Origin: Oikopleura dioica
Taxonomy: Eukaryota; Animalia; Chordata
Direction: 5' to 3'
Assembly (NCBI GenBank): GCA_907165135.1
Contig: OU015568.1
Location: forward strand, 15,387,208-15,451,207
DNA length: 64,000 nucleotides
The position numbers and the translations under genes are program-made. Positions 14,001-26,600 of the stretch are shown here, in pieces. Position 1 is the stretch's first letter; each line of letters begins with the position of its first letter. Below the pieces are notes generated by a model. It was given only the letters and a program-made list of their open reading frames with translations, had not been told where the DNA came from and made no database searches.

Positions 14001-15942
14001 TACAACAGCAACTGTTCACGTTAAAAGCCACTTATCCAGTACAAGAAAGCTTGTATGTAGCTGAAACCTTTTATTCAGAAAAAAAAACGATCCGTTTTTT
14101 ATTCTTTTGAAGTTCGCATCTTCAATGTTCAAAATTCAAAGTGGAATCTTCTGAGATTCCACTGAAATTCGGTACTTAATGATATGGATGTTTACTCCCC
14201 GTTGACTACTTTATTGGGGCCAGAAGGAAGCCGCGGTTGAGAAGGAAAAATATTTGGGGCATTAGAAGCAGCGAAGAAAAAATGGCTGACGGGGAGGGAA
14301 GAGTGTTTGCTGTCGCAGCTGCTCCCAAAACTGGCGAGTGTGACCCCTGCGGATTTTGATGCCGCGATGATCTTTCTGACACTTTTAGAAAAATATACCA
14401 GCGATTTCGTCTTTATCGCTCCTAAGATACTGTCGCTTTCGAACTCAAGAATGTGAATTTTTTATTAGAAGCAAATATCTACAGCAAAAAAATAGAGCTG
14501 GCGGAATTTCTCAGTGGTACGTAAAAATCGTTTCTTTGATGACGATAAGCAATTCTTGAAAGATTTTTGGCGCTGACCTGAAGATAGCCGAATTCCCTCA
14601 GTGAACCCTTTTTTCCGCTTCCTTAGAAATACAGTTTAGATTCTTTTCTACAGTTATTAATGTACTGTACTGCTCTTCTTCGCGATATTTAAGAGAATAG
14701 AGGACAAAATCAACTATTATATTTCTCATATTTTTCTTGATTATACCGTCGTTGCACTAGCAAAAAGTTAAAGCCCCTTTGGCACCCATTTTTGAGGTCA
14801 TTTATCGACACAGGACGTTTTTCGATGCATTTCTATAAGCAGAAAAATAATGTAATACAAGTTCCAGTGATGCATTGAAACACGACCAGGTGACAAAAAT
14901 TAACCTCTTAGGATTACGGCTGCGACCCGTGGAGCCGTCCAACGTACCACAAAAAGTGGAAACTAGCCAGGCGTAACCGCCAACAACGATTTCTTTCTGG
15001 AATTCGCGTCTGTAGATTAGAAACTTAATTTTCAATGAAGAAAGAAAAATGTTGAAAATTCAAAGTTGATTTCAAAGAAAAATGATTTTTTTCTTGTTTA
15101 TACAGAAATAACTTCGTTTCCGAAAATTAATTGTTTAAATTGTTGCGCTTTAAAGTTGATTGCTGGATACAAGTAGTGAACAAATTGGAGCGTTTTGTTC
15201 ACGAAGTAATTTGTCGAAGCGGTGGTATTTTCGGAAAGGATCGTGTCAAAATTACAAAATTAACTTCACCGAGGGCGGATGAAATCCCTCGCAAAAAGTT
15301 ACCCCGCAAGAATCTCGCTTATCTGATCGCTCGTTTTCCATCCTTTCCGGGCATTAAGAATCAACCCATTTTCTAACGTTCATTTTTTCGCTGATCAAGT
15401 TTACGGTGGAAACTTTGCTCTTGAACTTCGACTTTTATAAAGAAAGATATTTTGCAATTCAAAGATCTATGATTGTTTTGTTTACTTCAATTAGAATATT
15501 TTTAGAACTCTGATCTTTTCAACAAAAATGATAATCTCCGGCGGCTTGAAAAACAAAAATGCGCCCCTCTTTTCTCTTCATTTTCTGATCCGATGATGGG
15601 GGCATTGTTCATTTGAGACGCTTTCTAAGGTTCTAGTAATAAGGAGTCGCACAGGCATGCACATGTTGCAAAGGTGCGCCAATGCATCGAAATCTTTCGA
15701 ATACTTTTTTGAAAAGGCATGTTGTGTGGCATGTAGTGAGGTGAGAGCATCGACCATTACGAGCCGAGCAAAGGCCTTTCTCGCCTCGAGAATCTTTGCA
15801 ACTGCGGTCGCTCTCCGCTAATCGAACGCTTAATTAACCACGACATCGATCAAATGCTCTAGTTTTTTGTCTTGATGCGGAATATGGTCGAATTTAATGA
15901 AAAAATGTCTATTTTTGGACAAGTTTATAGATTGGGCTCATT

Positions 15943-16033
15943 AACCTTCAAAGAAAACCTGAGTCAGGGTCCCGAAAAGTGTTGTAAGTTTCTCGACTTT
16001 TTCGGACCCTGACTCATATTTTCTGCAAAGGTT
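15943..16033. mobile_element. Short hairpin MITE of the CCTGAGTCAGG family
   Basis: AACCTTCAAAGAAAACCTGAGTCAGGGTCCCGAAAAG and CTTTTTCGGACCCTGACTCATATTTTCTGCAAAGGTT. Confidence 0.75.
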
Positions 16034-16684
16034 ATTGAATCCAGTGGATGAGTCTACAAAAACTTTCAGAGTTCATGGAACTTACATTACGCAGTTTTCT
16101 AAAAAGGGATGAACAAGAGCACGCCCATTTGGCGCTCAATCATGACACCGAGGGTTCCCACAAATCCCGTTATTTCATACAGATGATTCGGGTATTTGCA
16201 CTATAAGCAGCAGCACCCTTCAATCGTTTTTACAGTAGCTTCTCTTATATATTTTTTAAGAAATACAGTAGCTGGTCTTGCTCTCACGGTGCTTATAGAA
16301 AATCTAAAATCGTTAAAGAAACAGTAAGAAATTGAATGTTTTTATTTGGTTTTAATCCTCATATCTTCCCTTCTGTAAAAAGTAAGTTCTGTCACGTTTT
16401 TATAAGAGAAGTCGTCATTCTTATAATCTTTAATAAATGAAAAACTGTGATGAAAAATTATAAGTTGCTTTTAAATATAATATTTGAGAAGTGAAATCGG
16501 CCTGATTGGCGATTGTGATTTTATACGAACACCGTGACAGACGAAATTCGGAACTTTCTTTCTAAATGAGACGGTTTTCCTCGCCGATTAATATCGATTA
16601 ATTTGAAACATAATTTCAATAAGAAAAGGTCAATTTGATGTACAAAGATCATTTTTTTATTTTTGGAAAGAAATTATTTTGTCT

Positions 16685-17358
16685 TTAATTTCCCTTATTG
16701 TCTTCAGTCACCGGGTCGTTTGTGGATATCTCGCAGGTATCTCCTTCAAAGCCAGGAGGGCAAGAGCACATAAAAAATGTTCCATTAGGCAAAACTGGTC
16801 CATTTTCAAGTTTATGATAAGAGTATAGGAGGTGACATTTTCCACCGTTTTTACATGACTGATCAAAGCAAAGAGTTTTTCGCAAAATGGCCCAGAAAAT
16901 CCGTATTTGCAGTGGCATTTAGGTTTTGGGCCGTCGTGATTGTCGGGATCGGGAATCAAATATGGGCTCATGCACATTCCAAAGTTTTCACATCGCCGAG
17001 TTTCGCACGTTTCCTGATTTTCGACCGCTAATGATTCGGTACCAGATTGCTCAATTTTTGGCGTTGACGGGGAAGAATTCTTGAGCAGCAAGATTGCAGC
17101 AACAATCAGAATAAGAAAGGTAGAAAGAGCTACAATGAACTTCGTTATCTTCGTTATAGAGTTGATCTAAGGGGGTTGACATGAAGATTTTCACGATTTT
17201 AGCATTTTTGTATCAAAGAATTATCATGGAATCAACTCTTCGAGGGGCTAGAGTATTACTACAGTAGAATTGAAAACAGCTGGATCGTAATTCTTTATGT
17301 CAACCCCCTTAGCACGGAGCGAAGGGACTTTTCCCTCCTCAAGCTCGATCGTTTTCAT
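16685..17358 (-). CDS. Type II membrane or signal-anchored protein with two EGF-like domains
   Basis: ATG 17358 gives MKTIELEEGKVPSLRAKG; an intron at 17304-17167 is followed by INSITKITKFIVALSTFLILIVAAILLL (TM). EGF1 is CETRRCENFGMC...CHCKYGFSGPFCE and EGF2 is CFDQSCKNGGKC...CSCPPGFEGDTCE. One frameshift lies in the T5 run at 16876-16880. Confidence 0.75.
17167..17312. mobile_element. Harbinger/Tourist-like MITE that coincides with intron 1 of the EGF gene
   Basis: TIRs CTAAGGGGGTTGACATGAAGA (17167-17187) and TCTTTATGTCAACCCCCTTAG (17292-17312) match at 20 of 21 positions, in a C-TWA-G context. Confidence 0.8.
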
Positions 17359-20300
17359 TTTTGATTCTCTTGAATCCACAGAATAGCTTATTTCGAAGGT
17401 ATGTTCTTTAGATTAAATGAATTATACGATCATTGAGTCGGAAAGATGAATTTTGATGAATATCTAAAATAATATTTTAAGCGATTTTCCGGCTGAAAGC
17501 GTTCTTAAAATATTTTCTTATTAATAAAATAAGGTATTTTTAACCTGTTTGTTTAGGCTCATTTTCAGCTTGAAAATAATTTCTAACTCGCGAGTTTTAT
17601 TTTATAACGTGGAATCTAAAATTGAGCCTTGTCCACTTGAAAAATGAATTGAGCCGAATCCGCAAAAATTGGCGGCTATTACGGCGGATTTCGCCGCCAT
17701 TCGCACTTTTCAAGATTCTGACGGCATCTGCTTGAACCCACTTTGCCCAAACTTGAGCCGCTCGCAATTTACTTGGATACGTATCCCAAGAATCTCAGAT
17801 CTCTTAATCAAAACTAAAGCTTTAAAAATACAAAATGAGAAGAGTTTGCACCTTATTTTTCGACTGAACACCGACTGCTTCATTTATCTGCTCGTTTTTA
17901 TCAGAAAATTAACGTTTTGACACCCTTTTTTTACTTATAAAACTGGATCAACGTTTGATTATCTTTTCAGCGAAAGAAAATATGGGTATCACTTTGTTAA
18001 CTCCGGCTGAAAATGTGAGGAATAATCTCAATTAATGGTGGCTACCCCCTTATTTCAAGTTGCTTCATAACTGATTTTCGAACCTACCAACCCCATGTTC
18101 ATTTTCAAACAACCATCAATTTTCCATTCACTTCAATCGCAAATTCTCAATTTCAGCCTTCTTCCAAATGCCTGCTCCATCAAATTGAAATTAGAATTGG
18201 TCTTCTCAAAAACTTGCAGCGATTAAGCAAAATCGTCAGAAACGAATTTCAATCATTTTCCCCACCAGTTAATTTTCTTTACAAGTTGTTGAACGAATTC
18301 TCGGCTCCGCGAAATTATTCCCAATTTAGCAAAAATGGAATTGGACAAAATTTCACCTTGTCGCTCATAATTTGCGCGGATTAATCCGCTAATAACGAGC
18401 CCACCCATTGTCGGATAATCTCTTATTCGAAATTATACGCTGTATCAATAATCCACTACCCGGCAAAATGTTTCAACTTCGAAATCGAATCAGGACTAAA
18501 CGGCAAAATTTGCAATTCCGACGAAAAAATGCAGCGATCTTTTCATTAAAAACGGAAACCTCTTCCTCTTCCGAATAATCAAGCCACCAAAATAATTAAG
18601 GGAGTCACCAAGATAAGCCCGAAAATCGCCAAAGTAGTAAAGAAATAATTGCTTATCTAGAATGACGAAATAGAAGTCTCAAATAGGCGTTGAAATTTTA
18701 TTTCTAGGAACTCTGTTTGGGCTAGACGCCATAATCAGCCAGACAGCGCAAAATTGAATCATAATTCGATCCGAGTGCAACTTTCACCTTGGTATTTCTA
18801 AAAGCTCTAAGCAAAACTACCCGCTAAATCTGCATTCTTAACCAAATCTGACATTCACGCAATTACTCCCCGAATTTTCACTCAAAAACGATTCTTTTCT
18901 AGCTCTGAAGCTCTTCATAAGAAAAACTGGAGCCATATGTTGCGGGAGGAGTTAAGCCGACGAAGATGCTTTTTCAACCCTTTTCACAAGCTTTATCGGA
19001 TACCTGCGGGAACCTTTTATACGGGGATTTTGTTCGGCGAACATAAAGGTTTTTCCCGAGAAAATCTTCTTCCAAAACGTTGATGCTGCAAAATGAAACA
19101 TATTTTTGATATTTCAGAATAAATTTATTATGTGTTCACAAGTAGGTACGAAGTAGGACTGACAAAACATGCTCAATTGATGCGGGTAATTAAGTCTTCA
19201 TTTAAAAATTATATTTTAACGATTTTATTTTTTATTTTCTTTGTTTTCGATTCTTCATTTTAACCATCTTCATTCTCAACTTAACATTTAAAAATTTAAT
19301 TTTTTATTTGCTCATTTTTCATGACGAAAATACCGGTCGTGATATTGCAAGAACATCAAGCTTTGGCCTCCGGTTATTCTTCTCAGTCAATTCGTCCATT
19401 AAAATCACTAGTAGATTTAAACAAGAATTATTAACCACATATTTTCCTTGAATTTAAAGAAAAATACCAAGTTGTAAAATTCGTTTTACTACTCAAAAAG
19501 CCCTTTTTCTTTTGCCAAGTGAACTCACGTGACCCGTAAATCCAAAACTCTTTAATTTCGTTGTAAAAGGCGACTTTCTTTTAGTAAATTCGGGGGACAA
19601 AGAAATATTTATTGAGCAAACAAGAACAAAAATAAAAAGAAAGTTTAGCTGTTTACGAAATGGGGCTTTCTGTGTGTTGCCGTAATAAACGTGCGGAAAA
19701 GTGGCAGATTGAATCTCTGCGGATCGAAGAGCTCGAAAATCCCTTTGATAAAAACAGCAATTTAAAACTTGAAAAAGAGTAAAACCGGTTCAAGAGCAAG
19801 AGAATTTTTTCTGTTTATGCTTTTTGTTGTAAGATGCCAAAACAAGTAAATAAAAAGTGTTCCGTTGAAATAATTATACAGCGGCTTTTATGGTTAGACA
19901 AAGAATGACTACCGTAATTCAAAGGACATAACAACTGCTTTCAGAAGAAGGAAAATGGATAACGTAGCTGTTGAGAAAATAGAGTTTACTTCAAAAGCCT
20001 CTTTTCAAACTAATCAAAATAAGATGGCAAAATTTTGTAGAAACACTTGTAAATGGAGACCCGAAATTTAATGGTATCAACTCGAAACACTAAATGAATG
20101 GAGGTCCCTTAAATAAAGCTTTGACCAAAATTTGTTCGACCTGGAGGGACATTTCTATTAATTTATAAATCGAGTAATTTAAACATCATTTTTGTGGTGC
20201 TGTAGTTATCATTTCGAAGATCTTTGCTTTCATGTTTTCATCGTAATCGATTCACGAAATGGAAGAAGCATTGTTCATTCTTGTAAATTGCAAGTTTTTG

Positions 20301-20775
20301 TTTTGAGTATTATCTTTTGTAAACGAAGAAGCTCTCGGCTGTCAGTTGGTGACAGATTGGCGACGCCAATTTGGTTTCAAATGAGCACTTTTTACGATGA
20401 AGATACGTTCAGCCTCAAGAGAGCATGTTTTTAGGAATGTGTCAGGGGGCAGTTTGAGTTGCAATTAGCGCTCGCCCGTGCTCCTCGATCCGCCAATTCG
20501 AGAGCGAAAATCTGGAGCTTTAAAGTACTAAGTTCCAGATTTCATAATGCGACTCCTAAATTACCAAAATCATTGCATCGCCGAAAAAGTTATGAGTTTA
20601 TAACTGCGCGCAAATTTTCTAAAAATCTCAATTTTATGCTCTCTCTTACTGTTCCTTGTCACCGTAATTGAGTTACTAAGATATAATTATAATAATATTA
20701 TATATATAAACCATGATATTCTTTTATTTAAAAACAGTTAGATATTTATTAGACGATTATAAGATTTCCTGCTCC

Positions 20776-22740
20776 TCAGCAGTTGGAATTGGTGCTGGCA
20801 TAGATAACTGGAATCCAGTTCTGCGAAGCGTGTCGGTTAATTACTACTGTGTCGATGAAGACATCATTTGCGTCTATTTGAACGCGCTGGACTGCGAATT
20901 GTCCTGTCGAGTCATCTTTTGATCCCGCTGCGGCGTATATATACTGACCGAAAATAGTAGCAGATCCCATGTAGTTAAACAGAAAATTATTAAATTTTGA
21001 GCATGAGAAATGAAATTTCTTACTTCTTGCAACTGCCCAATGAGTGTCCAAGCATCGTTCTTGAGGAGATAAACGTCTTTTCGATAGTCGTAATTATTTT
21101 CATGACCACCGGCCAAGACTAATGCCCCGCTATCAAGTCCTGTTAAGGTATGTCCTTGAGTGTTTCTAAGGGTAAACATTAAAATGCGAATGATTCCACT
21201 AAAACCTTGGAAAATCTGTCAAATAGCTCCAACCCGTCGAAGTGTAACTCTCCGCCTTTGTCCATCCTTCTGCATCTCTACTTCCGACTGTCGCTGGATT
21301 GCCCTGGTAATATCCAAGTCTGCCTCGAGTGTGACTAACTTGAGTAGAGTGAGTAACGGTTACGCTTGTTCCGTCGAAGATTTCACAACTCTTAAAGTCG
21401 TCAGCTGCGTAATAGGGAGAGCAAATGAGTGCTAAAATGAAATTGATGACTTTTTAGAAAGTATTTAAGGGTGTCAACATCGATTGAGTAAGGGTATCTC
21501 TTATGAGTCGAACAATTAATATCAAGTTATCTAGTTAATGCTGATTCCAGAGCTTCTTTCAGATCCGAAATATCTGTTCTAGATCACGAGATACACGTTA
21601 TTCTATGAACGCGCTAATGCACTAATTCTCGGTAGAAATGCACTATAAGAATTGCAATTTTTTAATTTTTGATTTTCTATGTCAAACTTTTTATTTCCTG
21701 AAAGCTTAAAAAATTCTCTTTCTACTGATACCCATATCGTTGAGATCAGGCAAATTTAACATGTTCAAACAGCGCGCCAAAAGTCGCAAACACCTGCACT
21801 TTAGCGCCGGAAAAGGGGATTAAGGGATTAATCAGTGCGCGATCTGAGCACCCTGGGAGATTGTCAAAGGATCAAACCATAATCTCTGGGAAAATGAGAC
21901 GAATAAAATATTAGGAACAGCACTAGAATAACGCTCAAACTAAGCAAAATCATGGTTTCAGATAATGCATGAAAAAAGATGCATGCAATATAAAATTTCA
22001 AAATGTTTTAAATTTATGCTAAATAAAAGTGTTCTGGCTAGCTTCTGTCAAAAAATGAGGAAATTTGAATTTGTAGTTCTTTCGTAATTTTAGTAAGAAA
22101 ATTGGTGAAATTCGACTTTATAGTGTCTTTGAAGCGGCGGTGGGGATTAACGGATTATAAATTTACTATTCTGCCAAATCTATGCTAAATAATTAGGTTT
22201 AATCTAAAACTGGGCGAAAGATCAGATCTTATATATGAGCGGAAGGTACCTTAACTTTTGCAGAAAAAATGCGAAAATCGATGTTCACACCCTTAAAGAA
22301 ACCTTTTGTGCCGCTATCAATCGCAATCGCGTTGGAATAGTCCGTGTATCGGTAATTCAGTGTCGCTGAGTATTCTGTCAATCCACAGCCATCTAGTTTG
22401 GCAATCTAAGAAAGCATTCGATTTCCGAAAATCAAGTTTGCTTTTCCTTTCTCATGTTAGAGTCGCCGCCGAAAATATGGAGAACATCGTTGATAACAGC
22501 AAAAGGTGAATATCTCACAAAGTCAGAACTAGGTGCAGAGATAGTAGTGGACAGTGTCGTTGAGCCATCTCCGGAAATAACATAAGAGTCGCTAAAGGTA
22601 TTCTGCAGTATAAGAAGATAAGTTTCACTCTGAAAATATGATTAAGAATAACAAATAAACTAATGATTTACGGGGCTTATCGGGTTGGTTGTAGTGGATG
22701 TTGTAGTTGTTGAAGTTTGAGTGCTCTTCCATAAAATTGT
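20776..22740 (-). CDS. Kelch-like beta-propeller protein with a Thr-rich N-terminal segment; 5' exons probably extend to about 23.1 kb
   Basis: The spliced frame reads STQTSTTTTSTTTNP | SETYLLILQNTFSDSYVISGDG...LHIFGGDSNMRK | IAKLDGCGL...GTK | ALICSPYYAADDFKSCEIFDG...WSYLTDFPR | NTQGHTLTGLDSGALVLAGG...WTLIGQLQE | YMGSATIFGQYIYAAAG. GG and terminal W motifs are kelch-like. Confidence 0.65.
21469..22292. mobile_element. TTAA-flanked MITE inside the long intron of the kelch-like gene
   Basis: TTAA at 21465-21468 and 22293-22296. TIRs are GGGTGTCAACATCGAT and ATCGATGTTCACACCC. Confidence 0.75.
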
Positions 22741-23158
22741 GCACTGACAGTGTTTTTTTTAAATTGCACAAAAAACGGGCTTCTTGGGGAGCGCTTATTC
22801 TCAGGCTACAGTAATGCTACAGAAGTGCCAAAGGGTGGAAAATGTAGCTAAGGGTCTAATCTAGTGCGTAAGGGGTTTGCCTAGCTCTAGAAATTACTAA
22901 ATCATTGCGTAATCGACGCTTGAAGTTGACCTTCTCTAAAATTGGTGCGGAGGACCCGGAGGACTCTGTGGGAGTCTTCACTGGAAGAAAGAATGAGGAT
23001 GAAAAACAAGTAATTTGACGACGGTAAACTATACTTAAAAATTAAATAGAAACCATAAGAAAATTAAAAATGTGGTATATATAAATTTTTACATCAGATG
23101 GAGGTGGGTGGGGTTGGGGACGCAACTGAGAATGATCAACTCAAGCTTCCCAGCCTTT

Positions 23159-23928
23159 GTCAAGCCCCTTAAATTTAAAAATCAAGGGACGGGGCTGAAA
23201 CGGCCCGAAGGGCCGTCAAGCCCCTTAAATTTAATAATCAAGGAACGGGGCTGAGACGGCCCGAAGGGCCGTCAAGCCCCTTAAATTTAAAAATCAAGGA
23301 ACGGGGCTGAGACGGCCCGAAGGGCCGTCAAGCCCCTTAAATTTAAAAATCAAGGGACGGGGCTGAAACGGCCCGAAGGGCCGTCAAGCCCCTTAAATTT
23401 AAAAATAAAGGGACGGGGCTGAAACGGCCCGAAGGGCCGTCAAGCCCTTAAATTTAAAAATAAAGGGACGGGGCTGAAACGGCCCGAAGGGCCGTCAAGC
23501 CCCTTAAATTTAAAATCAAGGGACGGGGCTGAAACGGCCCGAAGGGCCGTCAAGCCCCTTAAATTTAAAAATCAAGGGACGGGGCTGAAACGGCCCGAAG
23601 GGCCGTCAAGCCCCTTAAATTTAAAATCAAGGGACGGGGCTGAAACGGCCCGAAGGGCCGTCAAGCCCCTTAAATTTAAAAATCAAGGGACGGGGCTGAA
23701 ACGGCCCGAAGGGCCGTCAAGCCCCTTAAATTTAAAAATCAAGGGACGGGGCTGAAACGGCCCGAAGGGCCGTCAAGCCCCTTAAATTTAAAAATCAAGA
23801 GACGGGGCTGAAACGGCCCGAAGGGCCGTCAAGCCCCTTAAATTTAAAAATCAAGGGACGGGGCTGAAACGGCCCGAAGGGCCGTCAAGCCCCTTAAATT
23901 TAAAAATCAAGGGACGGGGCTGAAACGG
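23159..23928. repeat. Minisatellite of 13 complete units plus one partial, about 56 bp each, every unit carrying a GC-rich hairpin
   Basis: Unit CAAGCCCCTTAAATTTAAAAATCAAGGGACGGGGCTGAAACGGCCCGAAGGGCCGT, with very few variants. Confidence 0.98.
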
Positions 23929-23999
23929 CTTAAAAGGGCTTTAAAATGATGTTTGACTCATAATGTTTCGTTTTAAAGAAAAAATCGGGCCCACTTGAG

Positions 24000-24127
24000 G
24001 TCATGTGACCCCAAATGACCTCTATCAAGTATGAATGACAATCATCTTTCAAAACTATTCAAAAATATATATCACTTAATATTTAGAGGCTTTTTATTTA
24101 TATCGAGGTCATTTGGGGTCACGTGAC
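24000..24127. mobile_element. Short inverted-repeat element (MITE-like)
   Basis: GTCATGTGACCCCAAATGACCTC and GAGGTCATTTGGGGTCACGTGAC match at 22 of 23 positions around an AT-rich core. Confidence 0.7.
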
Positions 24128-24399
24128 TCCCCAGATTTCGTGCAATTTAAAAAAAACACTGTCACTGTTTTATTTGAAACATAATACATTTCGTTTAATT
24201 TTATTCTTATCTAGCTTCTATCGTAAAAAAGATAATTTAGTTTTAGTTTTCAAAAATTTCCTCGATTTCAAGTGCAGAATCAACATTTACTTTCGTCGAA
24301 AAGCGTCTGAATTTAAACGAAACAGGGGATAAGGAAATGCCTCCAAGTTTTTGACCATCATCTGTTATCGTGCCATTTTCGAGCAGCGTCACTTTTTCA

Positions 24400-26600
24400 A
24401 GGATTTTTAAGTGATCTTAGCTGATCGATTTGAGCACTGAATCCTTCCCTGTTGTCGCATCGGAGGTGACATTACAGTCGACAAGCTCCCTACTGTGAGT
24501 GAAAGATCGAAAATTGTTTATAAAATTCTAAAGAAAAATTAAGTTCGATCCTTGCTGAAAAGACCATCTTCGGTTTCATTTTTTATTGAAGCTTCGATAA
24601 ACGAACCGAGTGTTTCTCCTCCTTTTAAAAACTATTACAAAATTTAAAACTAAAAGAGTACCTTCAAGTTGTATCGGTACATCCGGAGCAGAAACTGAAA
24701 TTTTTCCATAAAAACTTGGTGTTTGCAATGATCGTGCCACCCTTTCCAATTTTATTGATAGTCTTGGCTCGCAGAAGACATCTTCAAGTCGGTTGAAGAT
24801 TAAATCAGTTTGTTCTGCGGAAATAGATTCGACTACCTGAGCCGTATAATTTGCTAGAAGAAGATGAGGAAATAGTAGTGGTTCTTTGATGACCTGAAAA
24901 CTGGTCGGTAAAATTCGAAAAGCACTTTGAGTATTCCAAAAGCTGGAAGGTTGAGAGAGCACAATCACTCGAGACTGCTCCGTTGTGAGAATCAGCTATC
25001 AAATATAGATTTGATTGATCAGCGCTGATCCCACTTGCGCTGGAATTATGACATGCAAGGTCCTTTAAAAACGGCGTACTAGTTTGTCTGTCTTTTTTTT
25101 CTTACCAAAGTCAATAAAGCTCCTGTTTCTTGGCAATCAACATTGAATAGCGAACAATTTTCAGCTATCGTTATGGAAAAAAGATAGAAGAGAAAATTCA
25201 ACAAATTCATTTATTTTCTCGCTTTATTTTTTCTCTTTATGTTTAATGCATAGTGTCAACTGAGAACGTCACCAAGAAAGTCAAGTATAATACGAGCCTA
25301 GATTTATTTTAATTATCGCTTTTTCTGACGCTGATGAGATGTCAGCGCTTTTAAAATAACGACAGATAATTGCAATTATAACAACTTACCTTGCAAAATC
25401 GAGCATTCTTGGGTCAGTTGGCTTTTCTCGTTGAATTTGAAAATCAACCGCGTTTTCTGGCAAAGCCGATTTAATTGTTAGCGGACGTTCAATTTCTTGC
25501 CCTCGGATAAGAACGTGTATTAAAGTCGAGTACACGTGAGCTTGATTATTAGAAATACTCTTCGCAACTCGAACAAAGAATTTCATCGCATAGCTAACAT
25601 TATCAAAAAATCGAAATCGGTGAACTTTATTGAAAAGAGGATTCGCGAAAAGATTTTTTTGGGAACACCCAACTTTGATATGAAACCAGGACCGGATGCT
25701 TTTGAGGAATTTCCACTGTTCAAGAAATGCATTTTAGAAGCAAAAAATTATTTTTGGAAGCTCTCACTTGAAAAATCGCTGCTGGAATTTCCGCCCAGTA
25801 TTAGCTCTGCTTTCTAAAGATGTATTAAACATTTCTGAAAATTTTACTTTTCGACTTTTAGATTTTCTTAGCCATAGTTCTCAGACATGATTATTTATAA
25901 ATAATGAGTGAATGACTGTTTTTTTCTAAAACATTTCTTGTGAAAAAAAGGTTCCTTTCAAGTGTACTCTGTCATGTTTTACAGTCGGTGCACCTGGCGA
26001 AAACAGTAAACAACGCATTTTTCGGCAATAAGAGCTCAATAACACGTATTTCTCGATTCTTGGAGCATAAGCTTTTGTTTAGAGCACAGGGGCGCGCACT
26101 GCTTTATCCAGTTTTGGGGTCACATCGTTCCATCGTACAAGGGGGGATTATTCTATTCTTCTGTTGGCCTCCTGCTCCGGCGTAAACCATTTTGTAAATT
26201 CGCGCTAGAATTGCGCATTTACGAATATGGATAATGCAATCGCGGTCTTGACCCTTTTTCTGCAGTATTTTAAAAAAATAGAGCAAATTTTCAATCATTC
26301 TCGATGAAGGTTAAAATCTCCGATTTTCGATCTTTCGCTAGGCTCAATTAACCCGGGTGAATTCTTCCTATACTCAGGGGAGTAAGTTTCAGCGGTCAGG
26401 ATATTTCCTGAAGATGCAACTTAGTGGCAAGTTTCAAGGGTCTGATTCTACCACTCAACCTCAACGACCGTAAAACAAACTCACTTCAACTGAGTTCTTG
26501 ACTAGGAGAAAGATGGAATGGTCTCTTTTCGACTCCAATTTTAAAGGTGATCTTCTTTCTTTCTTGCTTCGAGTTTTCACGTTTTCCGCTTGAGGAAGGA
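24400..26600 (-). CDS. Probable multi-exon gene of unknown function; boundaries approximate
   Basis: Several protein-like frames are bounded by GT and AG, e.g. HVLIRGQEIERPLTIKSALPENAVDFQIQ, DLACHNSSASG...KLYGS and DVFCEPRLSIKLERVARSLQTPSFYGKISVSAPDVPIQLE. No family was recognised. Confidence 0.35.

Noticed and set aside
14230-14450. BACK-domain-like or lectin-like reading frames
   Set aside because: Two different frames look equally protein-like and both are bounded by stops, so the call is undecidable by eye.
18000-19100. Minus-strand exon-like frames with a TM-like stretch
   Set aside because: The frames are interrupted by stops and no family was recognisable.
23159-23928. CRISPR-like array
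   Set aside because: The units are identical end to end with no unique spacers, no cas genes are present, and the context is eukaryotic.
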